From Vicugna vicugna (Eukaryota), in assembly GCA_013265495.1 (NCBI GenBank), contig MU057744.1, positions 2,431,370 through 2,495,369 on the forward strand: a DNA stretch of 64,000 nucleotides. Direction: 5' to 3'. Position numbers and translations under genes: made by a program. Below the pieces are notes generated by a model, which worked only from the letters and a program-made list of their open reading frames with translations, was not told where the DNA came from and did no database searches. Each line of letters opens with the position of its first letter. Position 1 is the stretch's first letter. This document shows, piece by piece, positions 25,396-36,330 of this stretch.

Positions 25396-25874
25396 AAATG
25401 CAGTCATTAAAGTATCCAGACTTTCTCTCGTAGGCCATACCAGTCTTCTGAAACGTTCATTTCTAACAGTCTCGATTCACCTGTGCTTGTGATTCTTAGA
25501 TGCATTCATTCACACTCCTTCATTCATTTAAGGAAAGTTTATGAAGCACTTGCTACTCCATTAGTCCACAGGAATATTTTTTAAAGGACCAAAAAAAGTC
25601 TGAAAGCAAGCAAACAAAACAACAGCTCATCTCTTAACAAGGGTTACAGTATAGTTAAGTAGAGACTCTTGGCCTGCAATTTTAATTAAAAGCTCCCAAA
25701 GCAACAGTTATTCAACATAGTTCACACCGTTTTCATCCACGCTGCTGACCTTCGACCCCTACCCTCAGCTCTCCAAAGCCATCACCAAATAAATTCAAGG
25801 TGGCAGTAACCACAGTGGCCTCCAGCTTCAGTGGCTTGTTCTGCAGGTAGACCAGACAGTAGAAAAAAGGGTAG

Positions 25875-26039
25875 TTTTTGTTTGTTTGTTTGTTTTGTTT
25901 TGCTTTGTTTTGGGGGCTGGGAAGTGATTAGGTTTATTTATTTTTATTTATTTAATTTCTAACCGAGGGACTGGGGATTGAACATAGGACCTCCTGCGCG
26001 CCAAGCATGGGCTCTGCCACTGAGCTGTACCCTCCTCCT
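25875..26039 (-). mobile_element. tRNA-derived SINE, Vic-1-like (camelid)
   Basis: Minus strand reads ggaggagggtacagctcagtggcagagc (A box)...atgttcaatcccc (B box)...aaataaataaacctaatcacttccc plus a (CAAA) tail; TSD aagggtag at 25867-25874 and 26040-26047; TT|AAAAA L1-EN site. Confidence 0.85.
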
Positions 26040-26049
26040 AAGGGTAGAT

Positions 26050-28107
26050 TTTTAAGTGAGTTGTACTGACGTTTAATTTACACACAGTGAAATTTACTTT
26101 TTTAAAGCTTGTATAGTTCCATGAATTTGGATAAATAACCAAGCCGTGTAACCGCCAAAACAGTCAAGACACAGGCTATTTCTTCAGCTTCTTAAGTTCC
26201 CTCACGGCATTTGGCAATCAGCCAAAGCCACCACAGCTTCGGCTCCGCCAGTCCTGTGCCGAAGGCACTTAAATGGGACCGTACCTCACGCAGCACGTTG
26301 CGTCTGCCTTCTTTCATTTAGCATTAGTCACTTCACGCTCACTCATGTGTCTGCGTTTATCTGTAGTTCACTCTTTGTTTCAGGTCGTGTCCCATTTTAC
26401 ACCTAGGCATGTGACTCAGAGTGTGGCAAGCGCGTAACAAACTTTCTAAGAAATTGCTAAGGAATTTTACAAAGTGGCTATACAATTTTGCACTCCCGCT
26501 AGTAATATACGATGCATCATGTTGCTCCAATTTTTGCCAGGATGAGGGCTTGTTAGTCTTTTAATTTTTGCCATTTTACTGAGTATGGATTGCCATAATA
26601 TTGTGGTTTTAATTTGCATTTTCCCAATGACTAATAATGCTGAGAATCTTTTCCTGTACTTACTGGCCATTTGTACTTCTGCTTCAATGAAATGTTTGGT
26701 CAAACCTTTCCCTCATTTTGTAAAGTGGCTTCTTTATCTCTTATTATTGAATTATAAGGGGTTCTTTGTATACTTCCAATACAAGTATGTTATAAAATGT
26801 ACATTTTGCAAATATTTTCTCCCAGTATGCAGTCTGCCTATTTGTTTTCTTAACAACATATTTCAAAAAACAGAAGATTTTAATTTTGATGAAGCTCAAC
26901 TTAGCATTTTTTTATTTGTTTTTTGTGGGTCTTAATTAGCACATATTTGCTTATTCCAGGATCACAGAAATATCCTTTTATGCTTTCTTCTATAAGAGTG
27001 TGGTTTTAACTTACACTTATGTTTATTATCCATTTTAAGTTAATTTTTACATGGTATGTGGTAGTAGTCAAATTAGGAATAATTCTTCTTCTTCTTTTTC
27101 TTCTTACTGGTTTAAGGACCTCCAGTTTGCCCAGCATCAATTGTTGAAATGACTTATTTTTACTCAGTTGATCTGTCTTTCTCTCTGGAACAATGGCTGG
27201 AATGTGGGCATGTGTGGTCCACCTCCGGACTATTTATTCCGTTCAGTTTACCTATATAGCTACCCTTCCCCCAAACCACATTATTTTGATTATTACAGCT
27301 TCATATTAAGCATGTAGTTAAGTGCATTAAGTATCTGTTATTCACATAATTAGTTCTTTTCCAGAATTATTTGGCCATTCTAGGGCCTTTGCATTTGCAT
27401 ACATTTTAAAATAAGCTTCTGTGTAGACATAATGAATTGCATTGACTGAGTTTTAAATATTCTAACACTGATTTCTAGAAACATCTTTACTGGGTGACAA
27501 TTTAGCATTCTTTGAGAATACTGGTAGGCTTGATTTGCTAATTTCTTAAGAAAGCTTTTGTCTATTCATCGTGGGTGCTGGCTGACAGCTTTCTGTCCTC
27601 GTGATACCTTTGGTTTGGGTGCTGAGGGAAGCTGGCCTGGTAAAATGGGGTGGGAGGTTTCCCTCAACTTTCTGCTTGAATCGTACACAGTTGGTATGAT
27701 TTCTTCCTTAAACGGTGGTAATAACCGTGCCAGTGAGCCATCTGGCTCGGACCCTGGAATTACCACACATGTTATACTATGTATGATATCACACACAAAC
27801 ACACACACATGTGGTGTAGGCACTGCTTCAGGTAGCGCGCTTCTTCAGTACTGATCTTCGTGATCTTTGTTAGTTCAGGTACTTTAGGAAATACGACCAT
27901 TTCACTTAAGTTACAGAATTTATGGCATAAACCTTTGCATATTTTTTATTGTACTTGTAATGTGTATGGAATCTGTAGTGAGTGTTCCCTTTCTCTCCTT
28001 TCTTTGTTCTTTATGTTGTAATTTTTTGTCTTTTCTAATTTTTTTCTGTCAGTCTGGCTGTAAAGCTGTATCAGTTTTATTGGTCTTTTCAAAGAACCAG
28101 TTTCTGG
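26050..28107 (-). mobile_element. Old L1 (3'UTR to ORF2), antisense; left part of the element interrupted by the MIPEP retrocopy
   Basis: ORF 26467-26703 resembles the L1 ORF2 C-terminus; ends at ttggtcttttcaaagaaccagtttctggt. Confidence 0.85.
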
Positions 28108-28885
28108 TCCCACCACCCTATGTGTCCTGGACTCCCTTGACTTCTCTGGTAGCTGCAGTGACACTTTGTTTCTTTTCCTCCAGCTCTTCCTCAGGTAACC
28201 TGTTAGTGTTTATGTAATCATAAGTCCTTCAAATTGGATCTTTGGATGCTGGTGATTATACCCTCTCAGGAGAGACTTTTTCCTGGAGAAATTGCTTGTG
28301 TGCTTATCTGCTTGTTCCAATCAGGAGGAAAACATTCATAATTAAGTAATTTGCTCTGATAGCTTATCCAGATGTTATTATGAAAGAGAAAGCGACCTCC
28401 AATTCTCAGAAGTTCCTTAAATATTTCCTTTACTTTGAGTGTTGGTCAAAATTACTTATTTTTTTAAGCATTTAAAGAAAAGTACAAAGTTGAGACGTTT
28501 TCTGTGTACTTTGCAGATCTGGCAACATCCTTTTGCATCTCAGCCTTTATCAGTCAAGTTCCTTTTTTTCATTGTCTTCGGCTTTTGATGGTGAGGAACA
28601 GTTGTTTTCTGTGATCACATTAATTTTTAACCCTTCATGTGTAAGCCTGTTGTTAATATCTGAATGCTTACAGCATTTATTTCCCAGTGTTCTGAAAATG
28701 TCATCAACAGGTACTCCAAAAGAGGGAGTGGGTCCTGCTGTCGAATGGTTTTATGAAATATTGAGTTACATATTCAAAACTACATACGCTTTGTGATTGT
28801 AGGTTTTCTAATGGGCACGGGAACCTTCAAGGCTTACTTGGCATTTCCCAAACACACTGAACAACAGACCCCTTTGGAGTTCATG

Positions 28886-30819
28886 GAACCATGAGTATGG
28901 GCTCTTTGATGCTACCACGTGCCAGCATCTCCGTGTAAATGTGCTCACCTGTACCCTGTTTACAGGAGTCCGCAGAAAGCACTCCTTCTAAACTACGGAA
29001 GCTAGTACAGCACCCTGGACATCAGGTAAGGGTAACATTAGGCACTGTGGCCCACAAGGAGGCTGGATCGTAGCAGCCAGGCGGTATTTGCAATACCTGT
29101 GAGCTGTACAGTTTATTCTGGGTTTCCTTGAGGGTTGACCTCATCAGGGGATACGTCCCCTGGTCGACTGGATCCAGGGTGGCGTCAAAGACCTGAAGGC
29201 GCGTATCTTTTTCAACTCACAAAGACGAGACATATCTTTGGCATTTGCTGCCCAGTTTGATAACGTCTGGCAAATGACTTAACCACTGGATAATCATTTT
29301 CAAAATACTCCATCGGTAAAGAAGAAACCTCAGCAGAGTCCGTGGGACGTCTGGTCCCACTAACACGGTGGTAATGGATAACTCCCAGCAGAGAAGGCAT
29401 GGTACGTCTCATTTCACGGAGAAGACGTCCATCATTCCAGGAGTTAATAAAATCGCTGAATTCCTTGAGAAATGGGGGAGATTCAGCTTCAGGCCTACAG
29501 CTGGGAGTTAATTGCCTCCATCTCCTTTTAATCAGCCTCCGCAGATTGTAAAACAGCAATTTTAATGTAGTTTGTTTATTTGCTGAAAAAAAAATTCACA
29601 GTAAATGTACCCCAACAATCCTGTGGATTTATGAACCATAGCCTTTTTTTTTTTTAACATCTTCACACTACGTCTCACCTTTCTCAGGCAGCTCTGCACA
29701 TAACAAAATGTGTAAGTTTGTTGAACAAAATATTCAGACCCGCTGTTCGTGCTCCAAGGGAGAAAAACGGGCAACGTAACCTGGGCTTCCTGTTTCACCT
29801 TTGCACGAATCACACCACTGAGGCAGGCGAATCCCAAGGCATCAAGTCAGAGTCTTGAGGATTTAGATTTATTTTTATTCCTCATATCTTCCAAAAACCT
29901 TTTATGATTCAGAAAATTGTCAGACTGCTGCTCAAGGAATCGCACATCGGTGTCTGAAATGTTAGTTGGTGTCCTTTGGATGCCCGTGTGACAAAGTGTA
30001 AAATATCCCACTAGCTTTGCTGTAAGATCTCTGCCAAAAAAGAGCAGCTTTTTTGAACATTTCAATTGGCCTGCATTGGGATAAAGCAGCTTCTCACACA
30101 AGGCATCTGGTGCTTCTGCATGTGGAAAGTCAGTTATTACACGAACTCCATCAGGTCTGAAGTCATGACAAATGTGTTCTGATAAGGAATCCTTATCAAC
30201 CTTGGGGACACTGTTCCCCATAAGAAATGCACCACTCAAATCCAACATTTTAACATTAAGATCCACTGCTCTTATATGTCTTTCCTTGTCTATGAATTCC
30301 GCTGATTTCAAAGACATAGTTTGGCCGTGCACTTGGATCAAAGGAATCCACAAGTTTTTAAATCAGCTATTAGTTTTCACCAACTTGGACAGAATTCTAC
30401 ATCTGTCGACAACTTTTCTACCGTGGCACCAGGACATCTACAAGGTCCCTGTGCTTTGGGAGAGCAGTTTTCACATATTCAGTCACTCTGCACAAGGACT
30501 CCAAGAGTGGGTCCCAGAGTAGCACACAGGAAACACATGTTCCCCAGCAGCTCTGTCTTTTGTGTGCGATGTGAAATCCTTCTGGGGCACTGAGCTCAGG
30601 GGCTCCACAAGATACTGGTGCTTCCCAAGCAGGCCCAGGCAGCGACCCTGGAGCTAGATGTTGAAGACAGTGCCCACCAGGGACGAGCTGGGCTGACCCA
30701 TCTGGCTGGGACCCTGGCTTCAAGGCTACCAAGCCCTCAGGAGCTCAGCATCCTGTCCGAGCAGACCCTCCCCCAGCTGCAAGGGCCCTGGCCTCAGCGC
30801 TGCAGCCCCAGCCTGGAAT
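28886..30819 (-). pseudogene. MIPEP: Processed (intronless) pseudogene of mitochondrial intermediate peptidase
   Basis: Minus-strand fragments match MIPEP in order with no introns: [107 protein letters not shown]. Likely ATG at 30751, preceded by a short GC-rich 5'UTR. Many frameshifts and stops; HEMGH has become REMRR. Confidence 0.95.
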
Positions 30820-31250
30820 TCCACTCTTTATTCTTTTCTTTTTCCTGCTAGCTTTGGTTATAATTTGCCACTATACTTCTACCTTCTTAAAGTGCAAGTT
30901 AGGATCATTTGGCTAAAACCTTTTTTTTCTTTGTAATATATTCTAATATAAAACATCACTTTAAAAAACTTCTACCTAAGCACCTTTGTAGCTGCACTCC
31001 ACAAAGTTTACATGCTCAGTTTCATTCTTCATCAACTTCAAAATATTTCCTAGTTGCTCTAGACTCTTTCCTCTGACTCATTGGTTATTCTGAGGTATGG
31101 TGTTTAATTTTCAGATATGCTGGTATTTTTGAAATATCTGATATTGATCGTGTTGTGGTCAGAAAACACACTTGATTTTAAACATTTTGAAGTTGTCGAG
31201 GTTCTTGTTCTGATCCAGAATATGATCTACTTGGATGAAATTTTACCCGC
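30820..31250 (-). mobile_element. Continuation of the same antisense L1 ORF2
   Basis: ctaagcacctttgtagctgcactccacaaagttt...cttcaaaatatttcctag is collinear with the L1 sequence that ends at 28107. Confidence 0.8.
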
Positions 31251-31259
31251 AAATTTAAA

Positions 31260-33610
31260 AGAATATATTTTCTGGTCCTTTAAAAATATCAGTAAAATCG
31301 TCAGACTTCTAGCAATAGTGACAAAGAAACAAGGAGAGATGACACAAATTACCAATGTCAAGAATGAAGCAGGTGTCACCACAGACCCTGCAAACACTTG
31401 GAGGATAGTGGGGGACTACTAAGAACCACTGTACACACATGTACTCGACAGCTCACACAGAATGCACCAATCCCTTCAAAACCACAAACTACCACAACTC
31501 ACTGAATACAGAACAGATAATCTGCAGAGTCCTATAATTATTCAGAAAAACAAATTCATAATTTAAAAACTGCCCCCAGAGTAATTTTCAGACCCAGATA
31601 GTTTCACTGGAGTTTTACCAAACCATTGGAAAAGAATGAGTATAAATTCCACACAATCTCTTCCAGAAGTGGGAAGAGAAGGGAACACTCTTTTGATTTT
31701 AAAATTCATTTTATAAAGTGAAGTGTTACATCGGTTGTGCTTTTCTGGAGAGCCACAGCAAACACAAATACCTTTTAAAATCACTCAGAAAAAAATATGA
31801 AATACATAGGTCTAGATCTAATGAAACACATATAGAACCTGTATGCTGAAATCTACAAAATGCTGACAGAAGAAATCAAAGGAGAGCTAAATAAATGGAG
31901 AGGCGCACTGTGTTCATTGTTACGAGGTTCAACATGGTAAGGACCTCAGTTCTTCACACTGTAATACAAAGTTTTAATGCAATTCCTGACAAGATGCCAG
32001 CAAGGCTTTTGGTAAAGATAGACAAGCTAATTCAAAAAATTTATATGGAAAGGCAAAGGAATTAGAACAGTTTCAAAAATTGTGAAAAATAAGAATTAAG
32101 AGGGATGGAATAACCCACCTGATTAAAGACTGATCATGGAGCTATAGTAATCAAGAATTTGTGATACTGGTGGGGGACAGACACACAGATCAATACAGCA
32201 GGACAGAGAACTCAGAAACAGACCCACGCAATTATGCCCAACTCAGTTCTGACAAAAATTCGAAAACAATTGAGTGGGGGAAAGACAGCCTTACAGCAAG
32301 TGGTGCTGGATCAATTACACATCCCGAGGCGAGACACTGACACTCAACCTACATTTCTCAACTTACACAACAAGTAAATCAGAATGTATCACAGACTTAA
32401 ATGCAAAATGAAATTTTTATGTAAAAAATAGGAGAAAATCTTCAGAATCTAGGAAGAGGCAAAGCGTTCTTAGACTTGACACCAAACTGGGATGCATTAA
32501 AGGAAAAACTGGTGGATTGGACATCATCAAAATTAAAAATGTTTGTTCTATGAAAGACCCTGTGACAAGAATGAAAATAAAATTTATGCATTGAAAGAAT
32601 ACATTTTCAAACCACACATATGCCATATATCTGACAAAGAGACAGAATCCAGAATATATCATTTTTCAAAAAGTTGTCAAAATTCAACATTAAAAAAAAT
32701 CCAAATAGAAAATGGGCAAAAGCAATGAACAGACATTTCACCATAGAGGGTATACTGATGACAAATAAGCACATTAAAGGCTATTAAGAAACACAAATTA
32801 AAACCACAAAGAGATATCACTGCTTGTCTATCAGAATGGCTAAAATGAGAAAAAAATAATGGTAATGCTAAACACAGACAAAGAGTCAGAGAAACTGGAC
32901 CACTCGTACGTTGCTCATGGGAAGGTAAGATGGTACAGCCGCTTCGGAAGACAATGTGGCAGTGTCTAACCTGCACCTACTGCGGGACCCAGCACCTGCC
33001 CTCTGGGCAACACATCCCAGAATTATGACAATTTATGTTTATGTAAAAATCTCTGCATGGTTGTTACAGTATCTTTATTTGTAATAGCCAAACACTGGGA
33101 ACAACCCAAATGTCTTCCAATGGGTTGGTTAGTGGTTGAACAAACTGGTACATCCAAATCATGAAATATTACTCAGAAAAAAAAAGTGGAAAAGGCTGTT
33201 AATACACATAATAACCTGGACGACTCTCCAGAGAATTATGTCTAATGAAAAAGGTCCAATCCAGAGAGGTTACATAAGGCAAAATAACATTCTTGCAGTG
33301 ACAAAAATTTTAGAAATGGAGGACTGATTAGTGGTTGCCCAGTGATGAGAAGTGGAGGCAGAGGAGAGCTGGGCTGTAACTATAAAAGGGGGTTAATAAT
33401 GAGGTGACCGTGTGGTGAATGCAGCGTTCTGTGTCTTGACTATGTGAATGCCGTATGCTGGGAGTGATCTTTTACTCTGGCAGGACAAGATGTTACCACT
33501 GTTTGATACTGAGTCAACAGTACCTAGGCTTTCTCCACCTTATATCACACCACTGTATGTGAATGTACAGTTATCTAAATTTTTTAAAATAACAGTTTAG
33601 TTTTTTAAAG
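31260..33610 (+). mobile_element. L1M ORF2 plus 3'UTR, sense, internally deleted
   Basis: gacccagatagtttcactggagtttt; ggacatcatcaaaattaaaaatg; caacccaaatgtcttccaatggg. Confidence 0.85.
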
Positions 33611-33671
33611 TATTAATGTGCAGGAAATAGATCCTCCTAAACTGATAATGTCATTATACATTAAAACAAAT

Positions 33672-34362
33672 TCAAAAGACTAGGAATAGACTTACCATAT
33701 GACCCAGGAATCCCACTCCTGGGCTTATATCCAGAAGGAACCCTACTTCAGGATGACACCTGCACCCCAATGTTCATAGCAGCACTATTTACAATAGCCA
33801 AGACATGGAAACAGCCTAAATGTCCATCAACAGGTGACTGGATAAAGAAGATGTGGTATATTTATACAATGGAATACTACTCAGCCATAAAAACCGACAA
33901 CATAACGCCATTTGCAGCAACATGGATGCTCCTGGAGAATGTCATTCTAAGTGCAGCAAGCCAGAAAGAGAAAGTAAAATACCATATGAGATCGCTTATA
34001 TGTGGAATCTAAAAAAAAAACAAAAAACAAAAAAATACAAAACAGAAAGACTCACAGACATAGGATACAAACTTGTGGTTGCCAAGGGGGCGGAGGGTGG
34101 GAAGGGTTAGACGGGATTTCAAAATTGTAGAACAGATAAACAAGATTATACTGTATAGCACAGGGAAATATACACAAAATGTTATGATAGCTCACAGAGA
34201 AAAAAATGTGACAATGAGTGTGTATATGTCCATGAATGACTGAAAAATTGTGCTGAACACTGGAATTTGACACAACATTGTAAAATGATTATAAATCAAT
34301 AAAAAATGTTAAAAAAATAAACTTAATTCCAATGCAAAAAAAACAAAACAAAACAAACAAAT
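33672..34362 (+). mobile_element. Young 5'-truncated lineage-specific L1 (L1_Vpa-like)
   Basis: Undisrupted ORF2 C-terminus (MFIAALFTIAKTWKQPKCPS...YTMEYYSAIK), 3'UTR, AATAAA, A/CAAAA tail, TSD aaacaaat, TT|AAAA site at 33661. Confidence 0.9.
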
Positions 34363-34714
34363 CTTCTGGAGAACATTTTGACACTTTATAGCAAGAGTGT
34401 TTTTAACAGCCTTCCTACCCTTCTATGCATGCATTTGTTTCTAGAGATTTGACACCAAATATAATCATGTTACGGTATGTTTAACATTTCCATTGTTAGA
34501 AAATAAAATGAGCTAATGAGATTTATGTGCGCAAAACTACAAAAAGGAAGCCACATAAATGCGCAAATATAGACAGCTAGCAAAATAAACTCTTTTTATG
34601 GAATAAACATATGCATATATTTGAATGGTGTAAGAAACAAGTGTGTAAAGCAAGTTGTAAGACTGTATCTACTCGATAATTTTAATTTTGTATCAACAAC
34701 AGATACGTGTGTAC

Positions 34715-35206
34715 TGATTAATGTCTTTTCTAACAGTGTAAAGTCAGGTTCCCGAAGCTTCTCCTCTGCCCGTAGTGCACTTCCTTATAAAATCCAGTTT
34801 TAGTAAGAACCCTGTTAAGTCAGCATTAACCAGAACTCCTACTCTCGATATCTGATCACCTTCACTGTCTGATCAGGTTCCTCATCCTCCACCAACTCCC
34901 CCACGACCTCCCACAGATGATGTCTGATCACCCTGGTCTGTCTCAGCCAAAGATCCTGTTAGGTGGATCTAGCCAGAACCCCGTTTACCCCTGATGTTTC
35001 CTCCTTGTCACTTTCCATTTACTGACCCTCCTCCGTGGCTATAAATCCCCACTTGCCTATTCTATATCCAGAGTTGAACCCAATCTCTCATCCACAATGT
35101 AGAATTGACAGCAGTGGTCCTGATGCTCACATGTATGGCCATGTTTCTGAATAAAGTCAGCCTTACCATCTTTCACAAGTGTCACCGAACGTTTTCTTCT
35201 TTAACA
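34715..35206 (+). mobile_element. MER31-like ERV1 LTR
   Basis: gatatctgatcacc/ctgatcaggttcctcatcctccacc repeats, ggctataaat TATA, AATAAA, ends ttaaca. Confidence 0.8.
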
Positions 35207-35454
35207 ATACGTATATCAAAATCAAAGTAGTGGTTCTAAGGAAGGAAGTTTTAAAATGCTTTTCTTTATATATTTTTTGTATTTTCCTAATTTTCTATAA
35301 TAAACATATATTAATTTTATAATCAGAAAAAAAAGTCCTCCAAATTGAAGTAAAGAATAGTTTAAGACCCCCAGAATGTTGGTTCTGCCCTTTATGAATA
35401 GATTACTCTATGCATTTGATTTGGGGCAAGTTGACAGCCAGAGCTGTTTCAGTC

Positions 35455-36330
35455 TTCTGTAACTGTGCTCATTTGTCTCCACTTGTTCCATCACTTACTG
35501 AGAGAAGAGCATAGAGTTTCCAACTACAGTTTTGGATTTTTTGGTTTTCGCCATTTCAATTCAGTCGGGTTTTGCTTCCTGAACCTTGAATCTCTGTTGT
35601 TGGATGTGTATGCATTTAGAATTGTCATGTTTTCCCGCTGAATTGTCTCCCAAGTCTGACATCTCCTTTATCTGAAATTAAAATAGCCACTCCAGCTTTC
35701 TTTTTTTAAGTGTTTGTCTCTTTACCTTTAACTTATTTATGTCTTTGCATTTAATGTGACTTTCTTATACATAGCACTCAATTCAGTCTTATTACTAAAC
35801 TCAATCTATTTCTACTTTAACTGGAGTATATAGACCACCGAAGTTTAATGCAGTGATGAATATGGTTGTATATAAATATCCTGCTGTTTTTCATTTCTCC
35901 CATATAATCTTTGATTTTCCTTCTTTATCTCCCTTCCTTCCAACTGTTTAGACTATTCATTCTATTTCAGTTTATCCCCACTACCTGCTTATGAGTTAAA
36001 CCTCCTTATTTTATTGTTTTCAAATTGCCTGCCTTTTCTTCCAGAACCTTGAAGATGCTACTCAGGTACCTCACACACCTGTATCTGGGTTTTCCTCACG
36101 TGACTGTTTCTTCTTTCATCAGTCAGTTGGTTCTACTGCTTCTTTGTGTCTCATAAATTTTTTAATGATTTCTGGACATGAGAGTCCAAGATAGTTTTCC
36201 TGCCCTGAAATGAGCACACCTCTTCCCTGTCTCCTACAATGTGACTGTGGATTGAATCAGTCTCATAAGCTGCTGAGCTGAATTTGGGTTTAGCTGTTGC
36301 TTTAGTAGCTGTAATCAGGGACTTCAAATG
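35455..36330 (-). mobile_element. Old L1 fragments, antisense
   Basis: tctgaaattaaaatagccactccagctttc and related antisense ORF2-start motifs. Confidence 0.7.

Noticed and set aside
29847..30353. 168-aa ORF starting MWIP as an intact gene (TFB2M-like start)
   Set aside because: The MWIP start is an out-of-frame coincidence; the body is a frameshift-bounded MIPEP fragment.
26050..33610. Head-to-head L1 pieces as a single twin-primed inversion
   Set aside because: The two orientations cover the same ORF2 region and each has its own 3' end, so they are separate insertions.
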